The notes below the pieces were generated by a model. That model saw only the letters and a program-made list of their open reading frames with translations, searched no databases and had not been told where the DNA came from. A program made the translations under genes and the position numbers. A stretch of DNA of 64,000 nucleotides from Actinomycetes bacterium (GTDB lineage Bacteria > Actinomycetota > Actinomycetes > S36-B12 > UBA5976): assembly GCA_037137575.1 (NCBI GenBank), contig JBAXKB010000001.1, forward strand, positions 17,876-81,875. Reading direction: 5' to 3'. Within the stretch, counting starts at the first letter, position 1, and each line of letters begins with the position of its first letter. Positions 27,826 through 38,208 of the stretch are shown here, in pieces.

Positions 27826-28722
27826 ATGGCAACAAAACCTACATCGAAGACTCCGGCTAAGAAAGCGCCAGCTAAGAAAGCTCCGGCAAAAGTAGTAGCC
27901 AAAAAGTCCCCTGCTAAAAAGGCTCCAGCAAAAGCGCCTGCCAAGAAAGCGCCGGCCAAGGCAGTAGCCAAGAAGGCTCCGGCGAAAGCGCCTGCCAAGA
28001 AAGCGCCGGCCAAGGCAGTAGCCAAGAAGGCCCCGGCGAAGAAAACTGTTGCACCTAAGAAAGCGCCGGCCAAAGTAGTAGCCAAGAAAGCGCCGGCTAA
28101 GAAAGTTGCGCCTCAGAAGGCAGTTGCCAAAAAAGTTGCCCCAGTTAAGCCAGTTAAAGAGGCAAAAGTTAAGCCAGTTAAAGAGGCAAAAGTTAAGCCA
28201 GTTAAAGAAGCAGTAGTAAAAGTAGCCCCCGTTGTCGTAGTCCCACCAGTACCAGTGGTGAACCCAATTGCTGGCGCCAACATTCCACAGGTGCGTAAAG
28301 CTGTACCTGGAAAAAAGCCTGCGCCAAAGCAGCCAACAGTGCAAGAAGATGAATCTAACTGGACTAAAAGTGAATTAGAGAAAGTTCGCAAAGTTCTAGA
28401 AAAAGAATCTGCAGCTCTACAAATTGAAATTGAACAGGCAGGCGAGAAGTTCCAGGACCTAATTTTTGAAAGCGGCGAAGGCGCTGGCGACGATCAAGCT
28501 GACGCTGGCACAAAAACTTTCGAACGCGAACAAGAAATCTCATTGCTAGCCAATAAGCGCGACCTCTTGGATCAAATACATCATGCCCTTGCTCGCATTG
28601 CTTCTGGCACGTACGGTCGGTGCGAAAACTGTGGAAATCCAATTGGCAAGTTGCGCTTAATCGAAGCTAATCCGCGTGCAACGCTTTGTATGCCTTGCCG
28701 GCAAAAGCAAGACCGTAGCTAA
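27826..28722 (+). CDS. ddbA: DdbA-like nucleoid-associated protein: N-terminal histone-H1-like Lys/Ala/Pro repeats fused to a C-terminal DksA/TraR C4 zinc-finger domain
   Basis: Residues 1 to about 130 are AKKAPAKK/PAKAVAKK/VKPVKEAK repeats. The C-terminus has a coiled coil plus CENCGNPIGKLRLIEANPRATLCMPC. It sits between ileS and lspA, which is where I recall Streptomyces DdbA (SCO2075) sitting. Confidence 0.75.
   Translation: MATKPTSKTPAKKAPAKKAPAKVVAKKSPAKKAPAKAPAKKAPAKAVAKKAPAKAPAKKAPAKAVAKKAPAKKTVAPKKAPAKVVAKKAPAKKVAPQKAVAKKVAPVKPVKEAKVKPVKEAKVKPVKEAVVKVAPVVVVPPVPVVNPIAGANIPQVRKAVPGKKPAPKQPTVQEDESNWTKSELEKVRKVLEKESAALQIEIEQAGEKFQDLIFESGEGAGDDQADAGTKTFEREQEISLLANKRDLLDQIHHALARIASGTYGRCENCGNPIGKLRLIEANPRATLCMPCRQKQDRS
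27934..28041 (+). repeat. In-frame 54-bp tandem duplication (2 copies, 2 mismatches) inside the H1-like domain
   Basis: 27934-27987 GCGCCTGCCAAGAAAGCGCCGGCCAAGGCAGTAGCCAAGAAGGCTCCGGCGAAA is repeated at 27988-28041 with only T>C and A>G changes. Confidence 0.9.
28144..28215 (+). repeat. In-frame 24-bp tandem repeat (about 3 copies) encoding VKPVKEAK
   Basis: GTTAAGCCAGTTAAAGAGGCAAAA occurs at 28144-28167 and 28168-28191, both identical. A third, diverging copy spans 28192-28215. Confidence 0.9.
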
Positions 28723-28730
28723 TTAGCCCA

Positions 28731-29216
28731 GTGAGTGTTCACCAACGCAAATTAGCAATAACTGCATTGACTGTAGTTGTGCTCGATCAAATATCCAAGA
28801 CACTTGCTGTCATGCATTTAGAAAATAATGCATCCGTCAATGTATTGGGATCACTGGTCAAACTCTCATTCGCCCGAAATTCCGGGGCAGCGTTCTCGTT
28901 TGCAACCGGTGCAACGTTTATTTTTACTGCTTTGGCATTTGCGGCCTGCATCGCAATCATCTGGTTCTCAGCAAAGATCTCATCTAGATCCTGGGCCATT
29001 GTTTTTGGCTCGATTTTTGGTGGCGCGTTTGGAAATCTTCTTGATCGAATTTTTAGAGCGCCGCAGGGGTTCCAAGGTCACGTTGTTGATTTCATTGAAT
29101 TTCCAAATTATCCGATTTTCAATTTGGCCGATAGCGCAATTTTCTGCGCAGCAGTTGCTGGCATAGTACTGACTATGCGCGCAGTGCCAATAACCGAAGC
29201 GCAGGCGCAGAAATGA
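28731..29216 (+). CDS. lspA: Lipoprotein signal peptidase II
   Basis: 161-aa four-TM protein with NSGAAFS and FNLADSAI (catalytic Asp) motifs. Confidence 0.9.
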   Translation: MSVHQRKLAITALTVVVLDQISKTLAVMHLENNASVNVLGSLVKLSFARNSGAAFSFATGATFIFTALAFAACIAIIWFSAKISSRSWAIVFGSIFGGAFGNLLDRIFRAPQGFQGHVVDFIEFPNYPIFNLADSAIFCAAVAGIVLTMRAVPITEAQAQK

Positions 29217-30124
29217 TCCGGATGTGGCCAGTTGCGTTAGAAGAAACAGACGGACGTATCGACGCAGTTCTTGCGAATTTAAGCGGGTTTTCGCGGGTGG
29301 CCTGCGCAGCTCTGCTTGATGAAAATCGAGTTAAATTAAATGGCAAGACTGTCCTAAAAAGTGCTCGGGTCCAATTTGGCGACGTAATTGAGGTCGAATT
29401 CCCAGACTCCGAAGTTGGGCAAGCCGAACCAACAGTTGAGTTGCCTGTTGTATTTTCTGATGATGATTTTGTGGTCATTGACAAGCCAACTGGCGTAGCT
29501 GCGCATCCAAGTGTTGGTTGGAGCGGCCCAACTGTAATTGGTTCACTTGTTGCGATGGGACATGTGTTAACGGCCTACGGCCCAGCTGAACGCAAAGGTA
29601 TTGTGCACCGACTCGATGTGGGCACAAGCGGCCTGATGGTGGTAGCTAAGTCTGAGCGAGCCTATGTTGGCCTGAAAGACCAGTTCAGAGATCGAACGGT
29701 CAACAAGATTTATCACACTCTGGTCCAGGGACGATTAGATCCGATGAGCGGAACTATCGATGCACCAATCGATCGACATCCAACTTCGTCCTACCGCTTT
29801 GCGGTTCTTGATAGCGGGCGAGCAAGTATTACGCACTACGACACTCTGGATGCATTCGCTTATGCGAGTTTGCTGGAAATACATCTAGAAACCGGTCGAA
29901 CCCACCAGATTCGGGTGCACATGTCAGCGCTTCGTCACCCATGCTGTGGCGATTTAACTTATGGCGCAGACCCTAAATTGGCTGCCAAGCTAGGGCTAGA
30001 CCGGCAGTGGTTACATGCGGTTACGTTGGGCTTTATGCATCCTGGAACTTTTGAGCAGGTGTCCTTTTCTAGTAAGTATGCACTTGATTTGCAGGCGGCA
30101 CTCGACAAAGTTTCGGACCTCTAA
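29213..30124 (+). CDS. rluD: RluA/RluD-family 23S rRNA pseudouridine synthase
   Basis: N-terminal S4 domain, HRLDVGTSGLMVVAK catalytic motif, and GRTHQIRVHM. Confidence 0.88.
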   Translation: MIRMWPVALEETDGRIDAVLANLSGFSRVACAALLDENRVKLNGKTVLKSARVQFGDVIEVEFPDSEVGQAEPTVELPVVFSDDDFVVIDKPTGVAAHPSVGWSGPTVIGSLVAMGHVLTAYGPAERKGIVHRLDVGTSGLMVVAKSERAYVGLKDQFRDRTVNKIYHTLVQGRLDPMSGTIDAPIDRHPTSSYRFAVLDSGRASITHYDTLDAFAYASLLEIHLETGRTHQIRVHMSALRHPCCGDLTYGADPKLAAKLGLDRQWLHAVTLGFMHPGTFEQVSFSSKYALDLQAALDKVSDL

Positions 30125-30143
30125 TCACAACTCTGAGCCCAAC

Positions 30144-30173
30144 CGCGAGTAATCTAAGAAAGCGCGATTTTTT
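30144..30173 (+). terminator. Weak terminator-like hairpin plus T-run after rluD
   Basis: CGCG (30144-30147) pairs with CGCG (30163-30166) around a 15-nt loop, followed by ATTTTTT. The stem is only 4 bp. Confidence 0.2.
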
Positions 30174-30233
30174 CTTCCCACGCGTCATTTCACACACTGT
30201 GTTTTCATCGGTGTGCGCGGGTAGGAGTAAATC

Positions 30234-33200
30234 ATGAGTGACAAGTCATTTGTTCACCTTCATGTACATACTGACTACTCAATGCTCGATGGCGCGGCCC
30301 GAGTTGGGGATTTATTTAAGGCAGCTGCCGAACTGGAAATGCCAGCACTGGCCATGACTGATCATGGCAATCTGTTTGGCGCATTCGACTTTTGGAAAAA
30401 AGGTGTTGAGTACGGCGTAAAGCCGATCATTGGAATCGAAGGATACTTCGCTCCGCAGGGTCGCCGAGTAAGAACTCCGTTTGATTTCGGCGAACCAGTA
30501 CATAAGAACGCTGCCGGCGAGGGCATAGGCGCTGGACGCAACAACTACGCACACATGACGTTATGGGCCGAAAACAACACTGGCCTGCACAACCTTTTTC
30601 ACTTATCGAGTTTGGCGAGTTTGGAAGGCTATTACTACCATCCACGATTCGATCGTGAATTGCTTTCTCGTTATGGAAAAGGACTAATTGGCACCACTGG
30701 TTGTCCAAGCGGGGAAGTTAATCGTTGGCTCCAGGCTGGAAATTACAAAAAAGCGCGCGAAGTCGCAGCTGACATGCGCGACATTTTGGGTCCCGAAAAC
30801 TATTTCGTCGAACTGATGGATCACGACATAGATGTTGAAAAAGTAACTCGCGATGAGTTGTTACGCCTAGCTAAAGACTTGAACATCCCGCTTGTTGCAA
30901 CTAACGACTTGCATTATGTACACCAACATGATGCACCGGTTCACGAAGCTTTGCTCTGTGTTCAAACTCGAACAAACCTTAGCGACCCAAAACGATTCAA
31001 ATTTGATGGCTCAGATTTCTATTTGAAGAGTTCGCAAGAGATGCGACATTTGTGGCGAGATTTTCCAGAAGCATGTGACAACACTTTATTGATTGCAGAG
31101 CGTTGCGAAATTAGCTTCACTGAAAATCAAGACCTGATGCCGAACTTCGAAGTCCCCACTGGCCATACCGAAGATAGTTGGCTAGTCGAGCAGGTTCATG
31201 CCGGACTCAAGTTCCGTTTTGGTGATAAAGAAGTCCCAGCAGAATATCTTGAGCGCGCAAAATACGAACTAGACGTTGTCGCACAGATGGGATTCCCTGG
31301 CTACTTCCTCGTTGTGGCCGATTTATGTCTTTATGCTCGTGACAATGGCATACGTGTTGGTCCCGGACGTGGTTCGGCTGCCGGCGCAGTAATTGCTTGG
31401 GCACTTCGAATCACCGAACTTGATCCAATCCTGCACGGCCTCTTTTTCGAGCGCTTCCTAAACCCTGAACGTGTGTCCATGCCCGACATTGACATTGACT
31501 TTGACGAGCGTCGCCGCAGCGAAATGATTCGATACACAACTGAAAAATATGGCGAAGACCGAGTAGCGCAGATCGTGACATTTGGCGTGATCAAAGCGAA
31601 AGCAGCTGTGCGCGATGCGGCTCGAGTTCTTGGCTTGCCTCCGGGAATAGGCGATCGCATTACAAAGGCAATGCCAGCTGCTGTTATGGGCAAAGACATA
31701 ACGCTTACTGGAATTTTTGATCCAAACGAGTCGCGTTATAGCGAAGCCGGTGAAGTGCGAGACATGTACGAAAATGATCGCGAAGTTAAAGAAGTCATTG
31801 ACATGGCGCGCGGGCTTGAAGGATTTAAGCGTCAAACTGGGGTGCATGCTGCTGGGGTGATCTTATGTAAAGAACCACTGATGGATATCTTGCCAATTTT
31901 CCGACGTGAACAAGATGGCTCGATCATCACTCAGTTCGACATGGGCGCTTGTGAAAAACTTGGCCTGCTCAAGATGGATTACTTGGGTCTACGAAATCTC
32001 ACAGTTCTGGACGACACATTAGAAAACATTGAACGCAATCGTGGTGAAAAAGTTGTTCTTGAAGAGTTAACTCTTGACGATAAGGCAACTTACGAATTGC
32101 TAGCTAGTGGCGACACTCTCGGAGTATTCCAACTCGATGGTGGTCCAATGCGCGCACTGCTTAAATCGATGGTGCCAAGTAGTTTCGAAGATATTTCAGC
32201 TGTCATTGCGCTATACCGCCCAGGGCCGATGGGTGCGAATGCTCATAACGATTACGCCGACTATAAAAACAAACGCAAACCTGAAGTTCCGATTCATCCT
32301 GAACTTGAAACAGTTCTTGCCCCAATTCTTGGCGATACCTACGGCCTGATTGTCTATCAGGAACAGGTTATGTCTATTGCTCAAACAGTTGCTGGTTACT
32401 CGCTTGGTAAAGCAGATTTGTTGCGCCGGGCAATGGGCAAGAAAAAGGCTGAAGAGCTAGCCCGCGAGTACATTCCGTTCCAGCAAGGTATGAAGGATCG
32501 CGACTTCTCTGATTCCTCCATTAAAGCGCTTTGGGACAAACTGATCCCGTTCTCTGATTACGCGTTTAACAAGGCGCACAGCGCGGGCTATGGATTGGTT
32601 TCGTATTGGACCGCGTATCTAAAAGCGAATTACCCAGCCGAATATATGGCGGCGCTCCTAACAAGTGTTAAAGATGATAAAGATAAATCGGCAATTTATT
32701 TAAATGAATGCCGACACATGGGAATTAGCGTTTTACCACCGGACGTAAACGAGTCTGAAGTCGAGTTCATTGCAATAGATAAAGACATTCGATTCGGCCT
32801 GTCTGCACTTCGCAATGTTGGCCAAAATGTGGTTGAGTCGCTAATCGCATCACGCAAAGCCGAAGGTAACTTCACCTCTTTTGTTGATTTCTTGAATAAA
32901 GTCGATGCCTCCGTTTGTAATAAGCGGGTGATTGAGTCGCTAATTAAAGCTGGTGCTTTTGATTCCCTTGGACACACCCGAAAGGGTTTGTTGACTGTGC
33001 ACATTGATGCGGTTGAATCAATCTCGGTTACCAAGAAATCACAGGCTGTGGGCCAGTACGACCTATTCGGCATGTTCGATGACCAATCCGAGAACTCAAT
33101 TGCTGGAATCGAGCTGCACATTCCAGAAGACGAATGGGATAAAAAACTTTTGCTCGCACATGAGCGCGACATGCTCGGACTTTACGTAAGTGACCACCCG

Positions 33201-33788
33201 TTGCTTGGCGTTGAACATGTACTTGCATCTCTGACCACGAAATCAATTGCAGACGTGCCTGAATTGAGTTCCGGCTCAATGGTCACATTGGGTGGAATCA
33301 TCGGAAGCGTTCAGTTAAAAACTGCTCGCGCAACTGGTAACCGCTGGGCCATAGTTCAACTGGAAGATTTAGCTGGAACGATTGAAATTAATGTTTACTC
33401 AAGTCAGTATGAAAAACTTGGGCACTTGCTAAATCAAGACTCCATTGTTCTCATGAAAGTTAGAGTCGATGGTGGCGATGAGGGTCGGCAACGACTTAGT
33501 GCATTTGAAATTTCGGTTCCCGATTTGGGACAGGCAAAAACTGGCCCTGTTGAAATTTATATTCCACAGTCTCGAGTCAATCCCGCAATGATGGACTCGC
33601 TGCGCAACGTGCTGGCAAGTCATCCCGGTTCGATTCCAGTTCATCTCACTGTGGTTATGCCAGATCGGCAAGTTTCTACGAGGCTTGAAGATTCTCTGCG
33701 CGTTTCGGCTAATGGCGCGTTGTATGGCGACCTGAAAGCTCTACTTGGTGCTAACTGTCTGGACGGCCCGCTCGTTCGTCGGGCGTAG
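30234..33788 (+). CDS. dnaE: Replicative DNA polymerase III alpha subunit DnaE1
   Basis: 1184 aa. PHP domain FVHLHVHTDYSMLDG, GPGRGSAAGAVIAWALRIT, MPDIDIDFD, YRPGPM, FNKAHSAGYG, and a C-terminal OB fold. Confidence 0.95.
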   Translation: MSDKSFVHLHVHTDYSMLDGAARVGDLFKAAAELEMPALAMTDHGNLFGAFDFWKKGVEYGVKPIIGIEGYFAPQGRRVRTPFDFGEPVHKNAAGEGIGAGRNNYAHMTLWAENNTGLHNLFHLSSLASLEGYYYHPRFDRELLSRYGKGLIGTTGCPSGEVNRWLQAGNYKKAREVAADMRDILGPENYFVELMDHDIDVEKVTRDELLRLAKDLNIPLVATNDLHYVHQHDAPVHEALLCVQTRTNLSDPKRFKFDGSDFYLKSSQEMRHLWRDFPEACDNTLLIAERCEISFTENQDLMPNFEVPTGHTEDSWLVEQVHAGLKFRFGDKEVPAEYLERAKYELDVVAQMGFPGYFLVVADLCLYARDNGIRVGPGRGSAAGAVIAWALRITELDPILHGLFFERFLNPERVSMPDIDIDFDERRRSEMIRYTTEKYGEDRVAQIVTFGVIKAKAAVRDAARVLGLPPGIGDRITKAMPAAVMGKDITLTGIFDPNESRYSEAGEVRDMYENDREVKEVIDMARGLEGFKRQTGVHAAGVILCKEPLMDILPIFRREQDGSIITQFDMGACEKLGLLKMDYLGLRNLTVLDDTLENIERNRGEKVVLEELTLDDKATYELLASGDTLGVFQLDGGPMRALLKSMVPSSFEDISAVIALYRPGPMGANAHNDYADYKNKRKPEVPIHPELETVLAPILGDTYGLIVYQEQVMSIAQTVAGYSLGKADLLRRAMGKKKAEELAREYIPFQQGMKDRDFSDSSIKALWDKLIPFSDYAFNKAHSAGYGLVSYWTAYLKANYPAEYMAALLTSVKDDKDKSAIYLNECRHMGISVLPPDVNESEVEFIAIDKDIRFGLSALRNVGQNVVESLIASRKAEGNFTSFVDFLNKVDASVCNKRVIESLIKAGAFDSLGHTRKGLLTVHIDAVESISVTKKSQAVGQYDLFGMFDDQSENSIAGIELHIPEDEWDKKLLLAHERDMLGLYVSDHPLLGVEHVLASLTTKSIADVPELSSGSMVTLGGIIGSVQLKTARATGNRWAIVQLEDLAGTIEINVYSSQYEKLGHLLNQDSIVLMKVRVDGGDEGRQRLSAFEISVPDLGQAKTGPVEIYIPQSRVNPAMMDSLRNVLASHPGSIPVHLTVVMPDRQVSTRLEDSLRVSANGALYGDLKALLGANCLDGPLVRRA

Positions 33789-33817
33789 AAAATTGTAAAA
33801 TCCTTTAGAATTGGTAG

Positions 33818-35116
33818 ATGCTAAAGACTCTGGACTTGCGTGGTGGGACCCGCAATTCGCGCGAACTACGTGATGTTGTGCCTAGGGCGCAATTTGATTT
33901 AGATGCCGTACTCGAGCAGGTACGCCCAATTGTTGAGGATGTGGCCGCTCGCGGCGAAATAGCAGCCCAAGAGTGGTCGACCAAACTCGATGGTGTTTGC
34001 GCCCCGCAGCTGCGAGTTCCGTTAGAAATAATCCAGGGCTGCCTTGCAAACCTAGATTCGGATGTGCGCGAAAGTCTTGAAGAGGCAATTCGCCGAGTTC
34101 GGATTGTGCACCAATCTCAGGTTCGGGGTGAGTCATCTGTAACTGTTGCCCCAGGCGGCGTAGTAAGTGAACGTTGGATTCCTGTTGAGCGCGTGGGCTT
34201 ATACGTTCCAGGTGGGCGAGCCGTTTACCCAAGCAGTGTGGTGATGAATGTTGTGCCAGCTCAAATTGCTGGGGTGCAATCCATTGCTGTGGTTTCGCCT
34301 CCGCAGAAGGACAATAATGGTTGGCCACATCCAACAATTTTGGCGGCGTGTGCAATTCTTGGCGTAGAAGAAGTTTATGCAGTGGGTGGCGCACAAGCTA
34401 TCGCTTTGTTGGCATACGGATCAAAACAAATTGATCCAGTAAATCTTGTTACTGGTCCTGGCAACATGTGGGTCACCGCAGCAAAGCGGCTACTCAAAGG
34501 TCGCATTGGTATTGATTCTGAAGCTGGTCCAACTGAAATTGCAATTTTGGCCGACGATTCAGCCAATGCTGTTTATGTTGCAGCAGATCTGATTAGCCAA
34601 GCCGAACACGATGTTGTGGCGGCATCAGTTCTGGTGACCGACAGTGTGGAATTAGCACAAGCGGTGCAAGCTGAAGTAATTCGTCAGGTACAGCTAACTA
34701 AGCACACCGAGCGAGTAACAACTGCGCTAACTGGACAGCAATCAGCCATTGTTCTGGTTGACGATTTGAGCCACGGGCTTGCGGTTGTTGATGCCTACGC
34801 TGCCGAGCATTTAGAGATTCATACTCGTGATGCGGCAAATGTTGCTCGCCAAGTGAAGAATGCTGGCGCAATTTTTGTTGGTGACTACTCGCCAGTTTCA
34901 TTAGGCGACTATGCAGCTGGCAGTAACCACGTTCTGCCTACAGGTGGTTGTGCCTGTCATTCATCTGGACTTTCGGTGCAGACATTTTTGCGCGGAATTC
35001 ACTATGTTGAATATTCCAAGGGTGCACTTGAAGACATCTCGAAAACCGTCATCACTTTGGCCAATGCCGAAGATTTGCCGGGTCACGCTGCCGCTGTAGA
35101 AGTTCGCCTACCATGA
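33818..35116 (+). CDS. hisD: Histidinol dehydrogenase
   Basis: 432 aa with QAEHD and [13 protein letters not shown] motifs. First gene of the his cluster. Confidence 0.92.
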   Translation: MLKTLDLRGGTRNSRELRDVVPRAQFDLDAVLEQVRPIVEDVAARGEIAAQEWSTKLDGVCAPQLRVPLEIIQGCLANLDSDVRESLEEAIRRVRIVHQSQVRGESSVTVAPGGVVSERWIPVERVGLYVPGGRAVYPSSVVMNVVPAQIAGVQSIAVVSPPQKDNNGWPHPTILAACAILGVEEVYAVGGAQAIALLAYGSKQIDPVNLVTGPGNMWVTAAKRLLKGRIGIDSEAGPTEIAILADDSANAVYVAADLISQAEHDVVAASVLVTDSVELAQAVQAEVIRQVQLTKHTERVTTALTGQQSAIVLVDDLSHGLAVVDAYAAEHLEIHTRDAANVARQVKNAGAIFVGDYSPVSLGDYAAGSNHVLPTGGCACHSSGLSVQTFLRGIHYVEYSKGALEDISKTVITLANAEDLPGHAAAVEVRLP

Positions 35117-36189
35117 GTGAATTACGGCTTCGCTCAGATCTAGTTGGTCGTAGTCCTTACGGAGCTCCACAACTAGATGTTCCGGTGCGGCTGAACGTGA
35201 ATGAAAATCCATTTCCGCCCTCTGTTCAGCTAGTCCAAGCCATTGGGCAGGCCGTAATGGATGCTGCTGCGCAATTGAATCGTTATCCTGACCGGGATTC
35301 GATTGCATTACGTAAAGATTTGGCTACTTACATAAACTCTGAGTCAAGCATCGATGTCAGTTGGGAAAACATCTGGCCAGCAAATGGCAGCAACGAAGTT
35401 ATGCATCACTTACTCCAGGCTTATGGTGGCCCAGGGCGTCGACTCGTTACTTTCGGCCCTACCTATTCAATGTATCCAGATTATTGTCGTGAAACATTCA
35501 CGGAATATGTAGAAGTTGCTCGCAGTAACGACTTTGGCATTGATGCTGATTCGATTTCATCGGCTTTGGCTTTAAATCCTGATATCGTCGTTTTATGCTC
35601 GCCAAACAATCCGACAGGAACAGTTTTAGCGGCACATGTCCTAGATCACTTGGTGCAAAACTTTGCTGGCCTAATCATTGTTGATGAGGCGTACGCAGAA
35701 TTTCGAGACCCGAGTCAGCCAAGTGCGCTTTCCACATACGCTAACCATCCACGAGTTGTTGTAACGCGAACCATGAGCAAGGCTTTTTCTTGCGCCGGTT
35801 TGCGTCTTGGTTATGCGGTAGCCCACCCCGATGTTATTTCAGCTTGCCAACTTGTGCGCCTGCCTTATCACTTATCCGCTGTGACGCAGGCTGTTGCTCG
35901 AGCAGCTCTAGCGCATAGTACCGAGTTACTTGGTCAGGTCGCTTTGCTAAGAACCGAGCGAGATTCGTTGTCCGCGTGGCTGATTGAACACGGTTTCTTG
36001 GTGAGCCCAAGCGGGGCAAACTTCATTTTGTTCGGTACTTTTGCCGATAGGGATGATGTTTGGCAGCAGTTACTGCAACAGGGAGTGCTAATTCGCCAAA
36101 GTGGACCAGCTGGCTGGTTACGAGTCTCGATTGGCACGCCAGAAGAAAATGAAAGTTTCCGTAAGGCATTATTAAGTGTTGAACTTTAA
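35113..36189 (+). CDS. hisC: Histidinol-phosphate aminotransferase
   Basis: [17 protein letters not shown] and RTMSKAF (PLP lysine) motifs. ATGA overlap with hisD. Confidence 0.92.
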   Translation: MSELRLRSDLVGRSPYGAPQLDVPVRLNVNENPFPPSVQLVQAIGQAVMDAAAQLNRYPDRDSIALRKDLATYINSESSIDVSWENIWPANGSNEVMHHLLQAYGGPGRRLVTFGPTYSMYPDYCRETFTEYVEVARSNDFGIDADSISSALALNPDIVVLCSPNNPTGTVLAAHVLDHLVQNFAGLIIVDEAYAEFRDPSQPSALSTYANHPRVVVTRTMSKAFSCAGLRLGYAVAHPDVISACQLVRLPYHLSAVTQAVARAALAHSTELLGQVALLRTERDSLSAWLIEHGFLVSPSGANFILFGTFADRDDVWQQLLQQGVLIRQSGPAGWLRVSIGTPEENESFRKALLSVEL

Positions 36190-36217
36190 TTAATTCACGA
36201 ACAGGAAGAAGTAGAAA

Positions 36218-36805
36218 ATGGCACGCACAGCAAAAGTCGAACGCGCTACTAAAGAAAGTTCAGTCCTTGTCGACTTGAACCTTGATGGCACAGGCAAAGT
36301 GGACATTGAAACTGGCGTTCCATTTTTCGACCACATGCTTGCGCAATTGGGTAAGCATGGCGGCTTCGACTTATACGTTCGCACAACAGGCGATGTTGAC
36401 GTTGACTCGCATCACACCGTCGAGGACACTGCGCTTGCCTTTGGCCAAGCACTTCGTGAAGCACTGGGTGACAAAGTTGGCATCCGTCGCTTCGGTGATT
36501 CGTATGTGCCACTCGATGACACCGGATGTCAGGCAGCAGTCGATCTTTCCGGTCGCCCATATTTAGTGCATGAAGCTCCGTTGACCGTTGAATTAATTGG
36601 AACTTACGACACCACTTTGACTAAGCACATTTGGGAATCAATCACCGCTGCCGCTCAAATCTGTATTCACGTTCGAGTTCTTGGCGGCAACAACGCACAT
36701 CACGTCTCAGAAGCACAGTTCAAAGCTGTTGCCCGCGCATTGCGCGACGCAGTTGCTTTAGATAGCAGAGTTACCGACATCCCATCCACAAAGGGAAGTC
36801 TGTAA
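36218..36805 (+). CDS. hisB: Imidazoleglycerol-phosphate dehydratase (monofunctional)
   Basis: [21 protein letters not shown] and [12 protein letters not shown] motifs. Confidence 0.93.
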   Translation: MARTAKVERATKESSVLVDLNLDGTGKVDIETGVPFFDHMLAQLGKHGGFDLYVRTTGDVDVDSHHTVEDTALAFGQALREALGDKVGIRRFGDSYVPLDDTGCQAAVDLSGRPYLVHEAPLTVELIGTYDTTLTKHIWESITAAAQICIHVRVLGGNNAHHVSEAQFKAVARALRDAVALDSRVTDIPSTKGSL

Positions 36806-36809
36806 GTTC

Positions 36810-37439
36810 GTGACCAATGTTGTGGTTTTGGACTACGGTTCAGGCAACCTGCGTTCGGCAGCTAAGGCTCTTGAGACAACTGGCGTTTCAGTTGAAGTAA
36901 CATCTGATTTTGATCGGGCTATCAACGCTGATGGTTTAGTCGTTCCTGGTGTCGGTGCATTTGCTTCCTGTATTGCCGGATTAAGAAGTGTGCGTGGCGA
37001 GCAGATTATTGAACGTCGAATTGCCGGCGGCCAGCCCGTTCTCGGAATTTGTGTGGGTATGCAGGTGCTTTTTGCCGGCAGCCAGGAACACGCGCAGGAT
37101 CTGCACTTAGGGCTAGATCAGTGGCCAGATGTTGTGAAAGCACTTGATGCTCCTGTTCTGCCGCAGATGGGCTGGAATACCGTTGAAGTACCTGCTGGTT
37201 CGCAAATGTTTAACGGCATTTCAGATGAGCGGTTCTACTTCGTACATTCATATGCTGCGCAATCATGGACCTTGCGTGAAGATGCCCATTATCTCCCCGC
37301 CAAAGTTACTTGGGCCGAATACGCAAGCCGCTTCGTTGCCGCGGTTGAAAACGGTCCACTTTGGGCTACTCAATTTCATCCAGAAAAATCTGGCGATGCT
37401 GGATTAGCGCTTTTAGGCAATTGGGTGCAAACATTATGA
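36810..37439 (+). CDS. hisH: Imidazole glycerol phosphate synthase, glutaminase subunit
   Basis: [19 protein letters not shown] (catalytic Cys) and QFHPEKS motifs. Confidence 0.93.
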   Translation: MTNVVVLDYGSGNLRSAAKALETTGVSVEVTSDFDRAINADGLVVPGVGAFASCIAGLRSVRGEQIIERRIAGGQPVLGICVGMQVLFAGSQEHAQDLHLGLDQWPDVVKALDAPVLPQMGWNTVEVPAGSQMFNGISDERFYFVHSYAAQSWTLREDAHYLPAKVTWAEYASRFVAAVENGPLWATQFHPEKSGDAGLALLGNWVQTL

Positions 37440-37473
37440 AAATCATTTGGGTTGAAACTAGGGAAGTAGCTCC

Positions 37474-38205
37474 GTGGACTCGTTAATTTTGTTGCCAGCT
37501 GTTGATGTGGCAGATGGTCAGGCTGTTCGTCTCGTGCAAGGTCGGGCAGATCAGCAAACTAGTTATGGCGATCCACTGCAGGCTGCGCTGGATTGGCAGG
37601 CTGCTGGCGCAGATTGGGTTCATCTTGTTGATCTAGATGCCGCATTCGGGCGTGGAACAAATCGTGAGTTACTTGCAGATGTTGTTGGTCGACTTGATGT
37701 GAATGTAGAACTCTCAGGTGGAATCCGTGATGATGAATCACTTCGCGCTGCCCTGGCCACTGGTGCTCGTCGAATAAATCTGGGCACTGCAGCGCTAGAG
37801 GATCCAGAGTGGACAGCAAAAGTTATTTCTGAATTCGGCGACCGCATTGCAGTTGGCTTAGATGTACGCGGAACCACCCTGGCCGCACGTGGTTGGACAA
37901 AAGAAGGTGGCGACCTTTGGGAAACTTTAGAGCGTCTAGATCGTGATGGTTGCACGCGCTACGTGGTTACTGATGTAACCAAAGACGGCACATTGCAAGG
38001 ACCAAATGTCGAGTTGCTTAAACAAATGTGCGAGCGCACCGACAAACCAGTTATTGCTAGTGGCGGAATTTCCAACCTAAATGATTTGGAAGTCTTGCGA
38101 GAATTAACCGCTATCGGAGTTGAAGGCGCGATCGTAGGTAAGGCACTTTATGCCGGAGCATTCACCTTGGTGGAAGCGATTGTTGTTGCTGGACCGCAAA
38201 GGTAA
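37474..38205 (+). CDS. priA: ProFAR isomerase HisA, probably the dual-substrate PriA form (HisA/TrpF)
   Basis: [18 protein letters not shown] and [13 protein letters not shown] motifs in a (beta/alpha)8 barrel. No trpF is present in the adjacent trp cluster, as is typical of PriA-using Actinobacteria. Confidence 0.85.
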   Translation: MDSLILLPAVDVADGQAVRLVQGRADQQTSYGDPLQAALDWQAAGADWVHLVDLDAAFGRGTNRELLADVVGRLDVNVELSGGIRDDESLRAALATGARRINLGTAALEDPEWTAKVISEFGDRIAVGLDVRGTTLAARGWTKEGGDLWETLERLDRDGCTRYVVTDVTKDGTLQGPNVELLKQMCERTDKPVIASGGISNLNDLEVLRELTAIGVEGAIVGKALYAGAFTLVEAIVVAGPQR

Positions 38206-38208
38206 CTT

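Noticed and set aside
27934-28215. Tandem repeats as a possible CRISPR or minisatellite locus
   Set aside because: The units (54 bp and 24 bp) are contiguous with no spacers, are multiples of 3, and are in frame within a coding sequence. They are coding repeats, not a CRISPR array.
27754-28391. Long minus-strand ORFs (196, 91 and 92 aa) opposite the ddbA-like gene
   Set aside because: They are mirror-image products of the Lys/Ala/Pro repeat DNA (low-complexity F/L/G/R-rich translations). The plus-strand frame has a proper start, an RBS-like AAGGA, and a recognisable DksA zinc finger.
30205-30233. RecA-independent DNA-damage promoter-like sequence (CATCGGTG-N8-TAGGAG) upstream of dnaE1
   Set aside because: It matches only 6 of 8 positions of TGTC[A/G]GTG, and the putative -10 ends in G. 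The TAGGAG is better explained as the dnaE Shine-Dalgarno, 9 nt from the ATG.
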